From NCBI GenBank assembly GCA_031835245.2, contig JAVKOQ020000041.1, positions 186,001 through 250,000 on the forward strand: 64,000 bases of DNA. Reading direction: 5' to 3'. Both the position numbers and the translations under genes were made by a program. Source of the stretch: Balamuthia mandrillaris. Its lineage: Eukaryota. Under the pieces are notes generated by a model. That model ran no database searches. It worked only from the letters and a program-made list of their open reading frames with translations, and was not told the origin of the DNA. How positions within the stretch are numbered: position 1 is the stretch's first letter; the number at the start of each line of letters is the position of its first letter. This document shows, piece by piece, positions 1 through 19,179 of the stretch.

Positions 1-4678
<4,678 letters not shown>

Positions 4679-5071
4679 CTCTGTTGTCTATAATGAATAA
4701 AAAAAAATTGAAAAAAAAATTGAAAAAAAATTGGAAATTTCGGAATATTTGTTTACCTGAATCGGCAAGTTATAAATAGCAACCAACCAAAAAACAAAAG
4801 AAGGTGAGATCATTCACCGATCATGTAATTATTTCGATCCAGCTTTAATTATTGTCGATGAAAAAACCATATGGTGACGTCATTACATTGATAATTTCAC
4901 CGCATGGTGTCGACAGTAATGAATCATTGTTGGAAAAAGCAAAAAAAAAATAAATAAAAATAAAAGAAAGAAAAAACAAAAAAGAACGAGGAACGGCAGG
5001 AGAGAGGAAAGGAAGAGAGAGAGAGAGACAGACAGAGAGCAAAAAAAAAAACGAACGACTGACCAGAACGA

Positions 5072-7992
5072 ATGAGCCTAGGGGGGAAAGGTCTCTTTTC
5101 AGGGGGATGGAAACGAACCCACTCGATGCGCGTGGAGCCGACCGCCACCTCCACCCCCACCACCGCTTGCGCTTCCCATGCTGCTGCTGCTGCTGGTGAC
5201 GGAGAGGGGGACCCCAAGCCGGACTCCAGCCCCAGCGACTTTGTGGAGCAGCTGAACGACCACCTCCTCAACAAGTCGCAGACCCTTCGTCGCCACAACA
5301 ACCACAACCACAACCACCACAGAAACACGATCGGGGCTCCTCTTCCACGAGGAGGGCAGCCTGGTCGCAGCGCCACCTTCTCCTCCCTCGACCTGGCCTC
5401 TGCTTCCTGTTCCTACTCCTCCCCCGCTTCCCTCCCTCAATCCCAACCTCAGCCTCAGCCTCAGCCTCTGTCCCCTCCTTCTCCTCCAGCCGCCGCCGTC
5501 GCCGTCGCCGCCGCCGCTGCCGCCGCATCGAACCCGATGGCCTTTCGAAGGAGGAACGTGACTTCTGCTGCCCCTCCTCCTTCCTCTTCCACCGCCGCGG
5601 CGCTCCCTCCTCCGTCTTCTTCTTTGCCCGAGCGACCACGCCCACTGCCTCGTTCCCCTTCCTTGGATACCATTCCGCTTGCACCGCTCCCCTCTCCTTC
5701 CCCTCTTTCTCCCTCTCTTTCTTCTTCTCCTCCCTCCCCCTCTTCTTCCTTTGCTTCCTTGGCTTCCTCCGTGGCTGCTGCTGCTGCTCCTCCTCCTGCT
5801 GCTGCCACGACAAACGCAGCTGCGCCTCCCCCGCGCCCTCCACGCTCCGACCGGGTCTGTCCTCCTCCTCTTCCTCCTTCCTCTCTTTCTAGCTCTTCTT
5901 CTGCTGCTGTGTCTTCTTCTTCTTCTTCAGCTCCTCCTCCCGAGCTTTCTTTGGCTCCACAACCAACCTCAACTTCACTGAGACGGGTGGTGAAGGGCAG
6001 AGCAGAGAGTTTTGGCCCTGGCGTTGCTCGCGCGCTTCCTTCACCTCCTCCTTCCTCCTCCACTTCTGCTGTTTCTGAAACATCATCACCAACAACAACA
6101 GTACCTCTGTTGAGGACCAACTCAAGTATCCTCATGCCTCGTCCTCGTTCTTCCTTTGCAACACTTCAAAGCATTCCCCCTCCTCCTTCGTCTGTTGCAA
6201 CTTCCACTTCCTCTTCTGCTTCTTCGTCTTCCTCTCCTCTTTCTTCTCCTTCTTTATCTCCTCCTCTTTCTCCGAAATCTTCTTCTTCTCCCTCTGCTTC
6301 GCCTCTTCCTTTACCTCAAGACAAAATGGAAACAAACGATAACAACAACAGCAGCGACAAGAAAGAACGGAGCTTCAAACGAAAAAGAAGAAGCAGAACA
6401 AGAAGGAATAGGAAAGGGAGAGTGTGGATGTTTGGTCGCAGTTGGAACGCTTCGAATTCTTACCGTGATCCCATTTGTTTAGACGACTTAAAGAACGAGA
6501 GTGAAGGGAGCAGCAGCGACCATCATGAATACGCTTTTCTTCCTGTTGATATTTGTTGCAGTGATGGCGCTTATGTTCCTTCTTCTTCTTCTTCAACCTC
6601 GTCCTCATCTTCTGTTTCTGCACTTTTTGCTTCTTCCTCACTTCCCTTACCGGGATTGGCTTCTCCTTCTTCATCCTCCTCTAGTTCTGGATCACCACCT
6701 TTGTCTGTTTCTGCGTCTTCGTCCAACAACAGCAGCACGAGCGACAGTAACGATGAATCTTTCCTCCATTTTCATATGCTCGCTTTAACAGGTATAGCCT
6801 CTCTTCCTCCCTCCCTCTCTCTCTGTTTGCTGCTGCTAACATTGTACTTGGCATAATGCATTTAGAGGATGGCAAAGTTTGGAGTTGGGGAGATGGCAGT
6901 TCAGGACAATTGGGCCATAATACTTTGCAAAGTTGTGAGGTTCCTACTCTTGTTCATTCCCTCTCTCAACCAGTCATCCGCATTGCTTGTGCTGGTCATT
7001 ACTCAGCTGTCATTACAGGTTTTTATTCTTCTCCTCGCCATTATTGCTCATTTTATTAGTAACCTTTTCTCATTCTAAACTTGTTTACTTCTTTTTCATG
7101 CAGCAAATGGAGAAATAATGGTATGGGGGGAAGTGGCAATAACAAATGAGGCCAAAGCGGAAGTACATTTACTTCCAACGGCCCTGCGGATGCCTGCTCT
7201 ATCCAACGTTCGTTTCTCGGATATCTGTTGCAGAAATTATTTTATGGTAGCTTTATCAGGTCCTCTCCTCCCCCCCCCCTCTTTCTCTCTCTCTCTCTCT
7301 CTCTCGTCTAGCTCATCAAGGAGTTTCTCTGTTTTTTACCAGAGGAAGGAAAAGTCTATTATTGGAGTTGGAGAAGAGCGTCAGAGAACTCGAACGACGC
7401 AACAGGAGCGGGCGTTCCCATACCGTCACGACCCGCAATTATTCGTGGCACCGAACACATGACCTTCTCTTCTATTGTTGCAAGCGATTATTTCATTTCA
7501 ATGCTATCAGGTCTATTCTTTATTTTTATTTTCAGTAGTTTTGGCTTCAGTTTGAATGCTGATATTTTTCAACAGATGCTGGAGAGGTCTTTACTTATGT
7601 ATTGGCAGAACAAGAAGATGTGGAACATTCCGTGGATCGCTACGAAAAGGTTTTGGGCGGTCATGGCGGCACGGAGCAGACAGCCAAGCGACTTGCTCAC
7701 ACGCTCTATAGAGAAAGCTCTGTTCCTGAAGATGTCATACAAATCGACTGCAACGATCAACATCTGCTGGTTCTCTCATGTAATTCTTCTTCGTTCTTCT
7801 CGCTTCTTTCTTTTGTCTTCGTGCACTGAATTTACATCTGCGTATTACAGCTACGGGAGAGATAACCATCAAAGATTTCGTGAAAGGCAATGTAACCGTG
7901 CGTTCTTCACTGGTAGGGAAAGGCATCACTCAAATTGCTTGTACAATCAATCATGCTGTTGCCTTATCCGATGCTGGCGTTGTCTACACCTG

Positions 7993-8035
<43 letters not shown>

Positions 8036-9126
8036 CATCTTCTCTGTTGTTCCCTTTCATTGTTTCTTACAAACTCGTAAACAATCACAACACAAGGGGG
8101 ATTGTCTGAATATGGTGCTTTAGGACAGGGCAAATCGAAAGCACAGAAGAAACCAGTTGCCATCAAGGCATTGAATCAAGTGCTGATTCAAAAGGTTGTA
8201 AGCAACAGATTCTGCACGTTCGCTTTGGAAGATTCTTTGGCTTCAGATATTCTAAAGTATGTTGTTTTTCGTGGCTTCTTTTATTTCATTTATATTTATT
8301 TTTACACCACAAATATTATGCAGAGCGAAAGTAGGAACCTGCAACGCGATTGCCACGCTGAGAGAACGCCTGTTTTATAGCATGCCTGATGATGTCATTC
8401 CATCAGTGTCTCTTGCCAACAAGAACTGGAATTTGAATCGTACTACTTCTAGCGCACTCACTTTCCTTCCCTTCCTCCCTCTCTCCCTCTCTCCCTCTCT
8501 CCCTCCCTCCCTCCCCTTCCATTCTCGCTTCTTCCTTTGCTTTCTTTTAATGTACTTTCATCAAATACTGTACGAAAAAAAAAAAAGGATCTGAAGACAA
8601 AACTGGAATGTTAGGTCGTTTCCTCAGCTCCAGCAGCAGCGCTCTCAAAGTGACGGTATCGCCCGGCCATCTAGCTTTCTCGTCTCCACATTCCCCTGGT
8701 CCCAACTCTGAAAAGATCGTACTTGGTACTATCTCCTCATTGCTGCTCTGCTTCTCTCTTCTAGCTAACAACATGACGCGTATAGGTTCAACGGAGAAAC
8801 AGTCTGTACAGCTTATTATCGATGTATATTATTGTGACGAGGATACCTCCACGTTTAAACTGTCTTTGGACCCTGTCCCTTCTTCTCTATCTTCGGTTGA
8901 TTCTCTCTCCGTCTTTCTCTCTCTCCCTTTCTTTGTCTTTCTCTCTATATTTCGGTTTTTCTTGTGTTTTCTCTTTTACCAAGGCTAATGCTTGCTTTGT
9001 ACAGCTTGCTTCTTTTGAAATCAACGCAGATCTTCATATCAACACCAAGGCGCTTCCTATCAACGCTCTTATCGACCTCCAATTTAATGGTTCCCTTCTC
9101 TCTCTCCTTTTGTGCTCTTTTGCATT

Positions 9127-9163
<37 letters not shown>

Positions 9164-10042
9164 CACTAACTCGCAACTATGTTTCCAGAAAACTTCCATC
9201 ATTTTGTGCTAGTCAAATTGGACTCTCCTTTGTCGTCATTGGATAAAGAAGGGCATGGTAGACTATGTAAGTCAGATTCACGATTGGATCGCACCACATC
9301 ATTGACTTTACGACGGAACCCATCAGCCAACCACACTCCCTCTCCTTTAATTCATTCCACCTCTCAACCATCTTTAAAGCCACGTGTGGGTTCTTCTTCT
9401 ATTCCTTCTCCATTTACGGATCGAGGAAGAAGGATGGTCGCTCATCGTCTTGAACCCACGCCTCCTCCAGCACCACCTGTGAGTGAGGACCGTCATCACC
9501 AGAAAGAATCTTCTTCGTCCTCCTCTACAATTGCTTCTGCTCCTTCCATTGCTGCTTCCTTTACTGCTTCTCCTTTATCTGCTGCGTTACAGCTGATAGA
9601 GAAGGAACGAGCAGAATTTGAACGAAAAAGAGAGAAACGGAGAGATTCATCCGAGTGCAATACACTTTCATCATCTTCTCCATCTCCTTCATCTTCCTCG
9701 TCTTCCTCTGTCCTCACCATTGATTTTAAAAACGATGAAATCGGTAATTCTTTCTCCTCCTTTCCTATTTCTGTCTTTCTTTTTCCCATTGTTACTCTTC
9801 CTGTTCGTCATCTCAATTTTTTTTGTTATGTTTTCCAGAGTTTCACGAGATCCTTGGTCGTGGAGCAAGTGGAGCGGTAGTATGGCAATGCAGCATAAAG
9901 GGTCTCTCTTTTGCTGCCAAAGTCCTCACCACGGATGATTTTTGCACCCCGGATGCCATAGCTAGAATGCGAACTGAAATTGAAATCATGACGAAGCTCA
10001 AGCACGAAAACATTGGTTAGTAGAAACACAAAAACCTCTATT

Positions 10043-10082
<40 letters not shown>

Positions 10083-11159
10083 CTCTTGTAAGAAATTAAT
10101 GCTTCTCTTGCTCTGTTGCTCGTTTTTGTTGCTGATATGTTTTCCTCATCACGTAAGTGACGTATTTGGGAAGTAATTATGATGAAAAAAAGAAAGAAAT
10201 CTCGCTTTATGTACAGCTATATCCAGAGTCTCTTGACTCTGTTATCAACAAAAGAGCAGCCGCCATGCAACGTACCTATTTTTAAAATCTTTCTTATTGC
10301 CCCGATGTTGTACTAACTGTTCTTTTCTCTTGTTTGCAGCCTTTACTCCAAAAGAGGTCACCAACTTTATGTTGCAAATATGCAAAGGCTTGCACTATCT
10401 GGGCACTCAGAATCCTCCCATTATCCATCGAGACTTGAAGGTACTTTTACTTCTCTTTTTAAACATTTTTCTTTCTGTTAACACGCTTTTTTACAAAAAA
10501 AAAATACATCAGAGCGAAAATATATTTGTAACGTGGGACAGCCACCGAAAGCCCAACAAACTGAAAATAGGTCCTCCCTTCATTCTTTGCTTTTGTTGTT
10601 GTTTTAACTGACACATCATAACAAACAACAGGCGACTTTGATACTGCGAAACTGACTGAAAAGAGCGGTCGAGGCTTCACTCAAGTTGGCACTCGTATGT
10701 ATTCTTTAGAAACAACCTTACTTTGGTTTTTTTTTTTGACAATTTCCACAAAAAAAAGCTGGCTATATCGCCCCAGAAGTTTTTCTCTCTTCTGGAAGTA
10801 AATGGCATGACGTTAAAGCGGATGGTATCTTCTTTCTATTTCGTTCTTACTTTTGTTCTTTATTCTTTTTATTTTTAACGCATCTTTTCAAAGTGTGGTC
10901 ATTTGGAATGATCATTTACGAGCTTATGACGCTGAAGAAACCGTATTACGATGTGAACCGTTTTGAGCTCTCCAACATGAATGAAGCGGGAATACGACCG
11001 GAGGTCCCTCCCGAGCTGTTGTCCGAACAAAAGAACCAGCCAGCCTTGAAAGAGCTGATCGAGCTCTACGTTCGTTGCACCGAAAAGAAACCATCCAAAC
11101 GACCCTCCACCAAAAGCATTCTTTCCACCCTTACTTCTCTACAGCATTCGTTAAATTAA
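5072..11159 (+). CDS. Ser/Pro-rich N-terminus + RCC1 repeats + C-terminal Ser/Thr protein kinase, multi-exon
   Basis: RCC1-like GKVWSWGDGSSGQLGH and YGALGQG. Kinase motifs ILGRGASG, FAAK, HRDLK|SEN, G|DFD, APE, D|VWSFG. Confidence 0.85.
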
Positions 11160-11668
11160 CTCGGTCTCTTTTGTTGCCTTCTCTCTCCCTCTCTCTTTCT
11201 CTCTCTCTCCTGCCCTGCACGTTCAAGCGAGAGTGAAAAGAGAGAGAGAATTTGTTGAACAAATAAGTTACACAACCAAAGTGTGTGGCCTTGCCAACAT
11301 AAAAGGGCTGAAAATTGTGCATTCTCCTTTCTTCGTCTTCTACTTCTATTACTTCCTCTGCACGTCTTTCTTCTTCATCGCCACCTTTCCCTACAACGTC
11401 GTCTACAGGAACATTCCCTTCAACGTTTTGGTCTTCCGCTGCCAAAGCTTTTTCGTCCACGTGGTCACCATTTCGCGAGCAAGAATGAGGACAGTCATTT
11501 TCCTCTCCTCATTCTTTCTTCTTGCTTGAGGAACAATAAATAAAGAGTTCTCAACGTAACCAATGAGGTCGAATGATGGAGAATTCCAGGTAACGCATTG
11601 TTTGCATAAATAAAATCTTCCTTTCGAAAATCTCCCTAACCGGCCTTCTTGCCCTTAACAAACCAAGG

Positions 11669-12711
11669 ATGCGCTCCATAACCTTCCCCTTACTTTCTGG
11701 TCTGCTCTGCCTATCGTGGTTCTGTTGGTCAGCTTCCGCCGACCCTTCTCACCTGCTCTGGCATGTTAACGAGACCTTCCCTTTTGAAGCAAACGCTATC
11801 CGGGTTTGGGACGCCGGGTTCTTCTCATCCTACGATCCCCCGAACGGTTTAGACCTGAGGATGGTTTTTCCTCCCAGCCAAGACTGTGGTGACTGCAAGA
11901 TCACAGCATTTGTCTTCGACTCAAAAGAAGCTCTGAAGAGGTGGGAAGAGACCGGCATCATCAAAGCTTTGTGGTATCAGACTTTCAAAGGTATTCCCGG
12001 AGTGGAGTTCTCGGTCCAGGTCAACGCTTCCACGGTCATCCACTGGCTTGCCTTTGCCTTGAAGAACGTTGGGCAAACGCCTATCCCTGCCCTTCGTTGG
12101 GAGGCCAATGTAACATCGAACGCGTCTCTGCCATTAGTCTGCCCACCCAGTGGCAATTCTTCCACCAACTTCACTCTCATGGCTTTTCAGCCTGCAGAAG
12201 ACTACGCTCGCTGTCCATCCCTCCCTCTTCAACTCAACTGTTCTCAAGCAGGGAAGGAGTTGGAGTTCACAGGAGCGATCCACGACGCGTCGCAGCATTT
12301 CCAAGCGGAGCTCCATTACAACCGGACATTGGATCTTTCGTTGGAAGGGAGGAGATGTGACGGACTGGTCTTTGTTCACGACAACACCACATACCTCGAC
12401 GTCCATTGTCGGGCTGAATTTCCAGGTTACTCTTCTTTGACATCGTATCTCATCGTCGTCATTGTTTCTGACTCTAGTTTTTTTCTCTAGAACTCCAACC
12501 TTGTTATTACTTTTACCGACACCATAATGGCAGTGAGCCCCTACCGCCACCACCTCCTCCATCGCCAGATGACAGCGGATGGACCAACGAGAAAACCTAC
12601 TTGGTCGTAATTGGAGTGTTGTCCTTGGTCGCTGCTGTTTGTTTTATCGTCTCGGTGGTCTTGTTCATACTTCATGTCAAGGGCCATTCTCATCGTTACC
12701 ATGTCATCTAG
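11669..12711 (+). CDS. Type I membrane glycoprotein: signal peptide, N-glycosylation sites, Pro hinge, one TM helix, C-terminal YxxPhi
   Basis: Hydrophobic leader. Intron 12426-12490. The second exon encodes PLPPPPPPSP, the TM segment LVVIGVLSLVAAVCFIVSVVLFIL and the tail HVKGHSHRYHVI*. Confidence 0.75.
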
Positions 12712-13156
12712 TGTACCTGTGTTTGGTTTAATAAAGCGACTCGTGTCCGGGTCTCCTACACGAGCCAACAATAAGAGAGAGTGGAGAGACCAAGGTAAAG
12801 AAGCACAAGCGGGAACTCATTGTTTTGTAAGTTATGTTGCAGTGGTGGCTCAGAGGCGAGGAAGAACGTATTTGCCCTTTGCAGCCAAAGCTGGCCCCGG
12901 CCGGGAGTAGGCCAGGCCCTACGTCCTTGAGGGTAGATGCTGAGAAGATCGCACGTGACGTTTTAATGAGGTATTCTAAAAATAAACTGTAATCTGATTG
13001 GGTACTAAATATAGCTCCTCCAACAATACAGCAGCGGCTTTTCGGCCAACAAGCATCACCTTAAAATATAACCGCTAGTTTTTCTTTGTTCCTCGACTTT
13101 AACGGCATTTGAAAGAGAGATAAGAGAGAAAGCAGTAAAACACACTTATAACGTAA

Positions 13157-13871
<715 letters not shown>

Positions 13872-14029
13872 AAACGTTCATTGTTGTTATTTGCAAACTG
13901 CTGTTGAACATAAGTTCAGCAGGCTTCTTTCGTTACAGTTTAAAATAAAAAACAAACCAACCTGTAAACTACATCATCTGATTCTCTTTATCTCTTCTTG
14001 TTCGTCTCCTTCTGTTGTGAAGAGAGAAT

Positions 14030-15854
14030 TCAAAGACGGGCTGTGACTTTGGACTTTGGCAAAGGAGGAACGTTACAACGACCTTCGTAGGCAGTAGCGA
14101 TGCGGCGACGTATCTCTTCTCTGGAAAGTTGCAAAGAGTCGAAACGCCTTGGGTCCAACTGGCTCATGTCGAGCGATGGTTTGCCATCTACAATCCACTC
14201 TGCCAACATTTTACCTGAAACAGAAAATCAGAAGAGGTGCAGGCGAGAGAGAGAGAGAGAGAGAGAGAGATCCGTACCAACTCCAACAGAATGCATGACC
14301 CAAACCCCTTCACCTAACCAAAGGCCAGACACAGCGTTGCTTGCAGGACCAACCAGAGGAAAGCCATCCGGCGTGAAGGACATAAGTCCGTTGAAAGCCT
14401 TCCACGCCTTCAAGGGCTTTATGCAGGGCAACAGGGCTTCCATGTTGGCTTTGGCTCGCTCAAAGTCCCGCGGCGTGAATGGAAACTCGGCATGTGTGTG
14501 ACCCTCCACTTGATCGGCCTCGACTAAGATGGCCCTGTGGTCGTAGTTGCCAAAGCCAAGACATGATCCAAATTGGAGAACATAGACTCCGTGATCGGAG
14601 TCGAAGATGCCTTGTGGTGAGGTTTGTGGTGTTTCGGTAGGTAAGAGAAAAGCAAACAGAGAATTTGAACATGATGAAAGAGAGGCAAGTACAAGGAAGA
14701 GCTGTGGTAGAGTTTTGGTACAAAGAATCATGATTAGAAGGTGCTTGGTATTCTTTTAGAGCCTCAAGCGGCTGACTCAATACCCATTGATGCTGTACTA
14801 TATTTAAGGTCAGTTTAAAGCACGAGATATGAGAGAGAGAGAGAGAGAGAGAGAGACTGATGCAAACAGGAGAAGAGGACAGACCATTAACAAGAGGAAG
14901 ATCAACGCCAACAGTTTTGGTAAGAGTAGGTCCCCAAGCACCCGCACAAACCACAACATGCTCCGTCTCTATCCGCTGTCCCGAGGCTGTCCTCACCGCC
15001 ACCACTTTCTTTCCTTCCGTCTCGATGGCCTCCACTTTGGTGTTGGCAAAGAACCGAACGGGAGCGGTTGGGTGCGACATGGCCGCCAAGGCCATGGTCT
15101 CGGCTGCTTTGACGGTGGCAGCGCGGCCAACGCCTATGTTGGGTGGCCAGTGCAGTGCCCCCAAGACTTTGCTCTCGTCTATCAGCGGGTGTAATGCCTT
15201 GACTTCACTGGCAGTCAACACTTTGACTCCTATAAAAGGTTTTACAGGTTTGTTCATTTATTTAGTGGGTTGGATCACTAGGCGCTGGATGGCAAAGAAG
15301 AAGATGAAGAAGAAGAAGAAGAAGAAGAAGAAGAAGAAGAAAAATAGAATAGAACGGGAGCAGAGAGAAAGGGAAAGAGAAACGACGAACAACGAGACAC
15401 AAAAGACAATAGAGGAAGGAGCTGTGAGCGTGCGAGAAACAAAGAAGAGAGAAGCACACGAGTTCAAACCAGTGTAGCCAGAGCGCGCAGCGTGCTCAGC
15501 CTCCCATTGGAAGTACTCCATCCTCTCAGGCGTGGAGGCCAGGAAGAGCTCTCCCGTCTGGCTGAACACCTTGGCCGCCGTCAGCACCCCCGCCGTCTCC
15601 CTCGCCAGCTCCGTCATGGTGCGCGAGGTGGGGTGCAGCTGGAGTATGCCGCCAGGGGCATGGGAGGAGGAACCGCCCGTGATGAAGAGCGCGTTGCGCT
15701 CCAGCACCACCACCTCCTGGCAGTTCTTCTTGGCCAGCTTGAAGGCGACGCTGCAGCCTACGATGCCGGCGCCCACCACCACCACCTTGGCCTTGGCGGG
15801 CAGGGTTTGGTCTTTGGCCACATGCCACTCGCTTGCCGCATTCTCTCCTTGCAT
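14030..15854 (-). CDS. FAD-dependent oxidoreductase of the DAO family, similar to the N-terminal domain of sarcosine/dimethylglycine oxidase
   Basis: VVVVGAGIVG dinucleotide motif, GGSSSHAPG, VVVCAGAWG, FTPDGFPLVG, GKMLAEWIVDG. Several GT-AG introns. Confidence 0.85.
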
Positions 15855-16115
15855 TTCTCTTCTCTTCTCTTCTTCTTTTCTGCTTCTTTAAACTTCAAAT
15901 ATTTTTTAAATAATTTATTGCTGTCAGGAGATTCTGTCGACATGCCTTAAAATGCAAAAATGGTTTTTTTTCGGACATTTTTCCCGTTAAAATTTGCGAA
16001 AATTCCAATGGGTCCTTTTATGGGTAAAATATTACTGTCGACACCTCAAAAATGGCAACATAGTTGTCGACACAAAGGGGCGCGTCTCTTGCTGCAGGAA
16101 GCGGAACACTCGCGT

Positions 16116-16395
16116 TCAGGACAAACCGCTTGTCTGGTGTCCACCCCTGTCGGCCTCGTGACCACAGGCCTCCTCTTCTTCCTGCTGCTGGGCCACTTGC
16201 TCCACAGAAACGCTCCTCGATGATGGTGTTGGTAGCGAACGTTCGGCTGGTTCCTGCTCCGCGTCTTCGCCCATCACCATTCTTACTCCCTGTTCTTCTT
16301 CTTCCTTCCTCATACCAGTTGCAAGTGAAGAACATGAAGAAGAAGAATGAGAAGAAGAAGAGGAACATGAAGAAGAAGAAGAAGAAGAAGAAGAA

Positions 16396-16430
<35 letters not shown>

Positions 16431-18383
16431 AGATTGCTTTCTCGCAGCCGTGACCGAGCTCTTTCTCTTTCTGTTTCTGGCTAGACCACGGCGACGCGCC
16501 TGCGGCTTCATGAAACGAAGGCCGGAGCCGACGTCGAGGTTGTGACCTTGTTGCACTCGCGCGGAGCGAGCTGCTGGTATCACGGAAAGAGCTAAGGTCA
16601 ATGACGTGGCAGGAGAGAGGGTTGATGTTGATGCCGTTGTCACTTTTGTCGTTGTTGCGAAAGAAGAAGTGGGCGAGGAGCAGGAAGCAGCGGCGACAGC
16701 AATAGCGGCGGCAGCTGTTGTTGTTGTGGATAGTTGTTCGCGTTTCGCTGAAGATAAAGCAGAAGAGGAGAAAGCAGAGGAAGAAGGCGAAGTTGTTGAG
16801 AAGGACGAGGAGCCAGTGGGAGCCTGTTGCTGATAGGACGGGAGAGCAGCGGAAGAAGAAGAGGAGGAAAAGGGAGGACGGATATTGGTGAGAGAGGGGG
16901 AGGTGGTTAAGGCGGAGAAGGAAGAGTCTTTTGATGCGGCCAACGAGATTGGTGAAGACAAATAAGAAGAACAGATAGAAGGAGGAGGGTGCGTTTCAGG
17001 ACGTGGAGGAAAGTGATGATGGAACATCGATGATGCCGCTGCGGAAGAAGCATAAGTGAAGGACGGGGCTACTGCATCAGAAATAGAAGAGGCGTTACTG
17101 CTGAAAGAAGCTGGCGTGGTGAGGATGAACGTGGTGGAGACAGAAGGTGAGCTAGATGATGGTGGCAAGGAAGAAGACGAAGCCGCCATTGAAGGACCAG
17201 CTTCTAACGATCCAACGGCCATAGTTGGCGGAGAAGAAGGAGAAGGCATCAATGAAGAGTAAGGGGAGTTCAGAATTGGACCGGAAAGAAGAGGAGGAGG
17301 GGTAACCATCGGCCCCAAAGGAGAAGAAGAACAAGCGAAGGGATCGCTCATCGAGCGTTGTGCTCCATAGAATGGAGGAGACATGGTCGTCATTGATGCT
17401 GGTAGTTGTTGTGGCTGCTGGTGAGCAATAAGCGTGTCGACTTGAGAAGAAGGTGAGAGGGGCGGTGACAAAATCGGGGGCCGCTGTGGTGTTCCATTTG
17501 TTATCGCCGTAGAAGAAGATGAGACTGAAGCAGAAGACAACGGAAGAAGGCAGGTTGGCAATGGCTGTTGTGAGCATGCACTATTCAAACAATCGCTACA
17601 ATTACCACCATAGCTGACCTCTCGTGCTGTCATCAAAGAGGGAAACGAAGCAATGGATGAGTAAGAGGAGGGGCTCGGTTGATATGGTGGTTGATCAACA
17701 AACGAAGGAGGAAGAGCGATAGAAGACATGGATGACGGCAACGGCTGGACCCCCGAATGATGCCGAGGAGGAAGAGTAAGAGCAGGGGGAGGCTGCGGAT
17801 GATATTGTACAGTCGCAGATGAAAGGAAAGGAGAGGAAGACAAACCAAGAGAGCCAGGGAGCTGCGATTGCGAATAACCGCTAGCATCGCTCAGCAATGC
17901 TGGTGGCGGTTGTAGCTGCTGCTGTTGCTCAACGACACCAGCAGCGAACAAAGCGTAAGAGGGAGAGGGAGTGTTGGGTTGTTCGTCTAAAGGAGCAGTT
18001 GGCGACAACATGTAATGTTGTGCGGGAGGGGCCGCCTGACGTTCATACGAAGGAGGGCGCAAATGATGCTGCTCTTCTTCACATGATTGGGAAGGCGGAG
18101 CTGCATACGCTTCTGCCGAAGGAAGAAAATCGTTGAGGTCGATACAGGGCTCTCCGTTGCGAATGTCAACCAAACTTTCTTCTTCAAAACCTTTGTGTGG
18201 AACGGAAGAAGAAGAAGGAGAAGGAGAGTGAAGGAATGAAGCTCGACGCTCTTCCATCAATGGAGACGGTTGGAAGTCCAAGGGAGACTCGCACCCTTCT
18301 TCGGGAAGCAAGAAAGCAGAAAAAGAGGTGGAAGGAGAGAGAGCGGGAAGAGCGCAAGACAGTTCGTTTGCGGTTTGTTCCAT
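16116..18383 (-). CDS. Intronless Ser/Pro-rich disordered protein with a basic C-terminal NLS-like patch
   Basis: 755-aa ATG-initiated ORF with the motif GSGLRFMKPQARRR. Confidence 0.6.
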
Positions 18384-19179
18384 GACGGCGTCACGGATGA
18401 TATAGTAGAAGAAGTAAAAATATAGACTTCAGGTGTTGTTGTTGCTGTCGTATCTTTCAACTTCCTCACACCGAATGAAAAAAAGAACCTTACAAACTTC
18501 CCCGCACCGGTAGCTTTCTTTCTTTGTTATTATGAGAAGTAAGACCGCGCTTGTGCAATACTGCAAAAAATGTTTTATGAAAGACAACCATTACTAAAAA
18601 AGACTCAAAAAGGTAACACAATTGAGAGGGACACACCGCTTACGTTGCCCTAACGCAAGTCCACAAAAGTGAAACCCTGATGAATAATTATTAAAATTCT
18701 CCGCCAATTATTTAATTGCTATCGATACACTTTCCAATTCTCGATAAAATATAGATTGGGTCAAAACTTTATTTTTTTTTTGCTCTGCTCGGAGAGAAGA
18801 GAGAGAAGAGAAGCGTGATGGATAAGAGATCAGAGAGGAGAGCAATGGGAGGAGAGTGAGAGAGAGAGAGAGAGAGGGGGGGGGGGAGAAAAGAAAGAAA
18901 GCTTGGAAGAATGGAGTGAAGCGTTGTGGTTGTGTTGTGTACAAAATGCCTTTATGAAGTGTTGTTTGCTACAAAATGCGTTGGATACAAGTGAAAAAAA
19001 AAATAAACAGATGTTTCAGATACACAAATAAAAGTTGTTTTTTTGTCTTCTTCTATGCACAGAAAGAAAAACATCTGGATAAAAACTGTTGTAAAGTTTT
19101 TAACGCGAAGACAGAAAAACAAAAACTATCTGTTTAAAAAAATAAAAGTCTTTGCTATGTGTTGGTGCTTTGATGTTGT

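Noticed and set aside
11131..11460. Small acidic ORF on the minus strand
   Set aside because: No ATG, an upstream in-frame stop and no recognisable motif.
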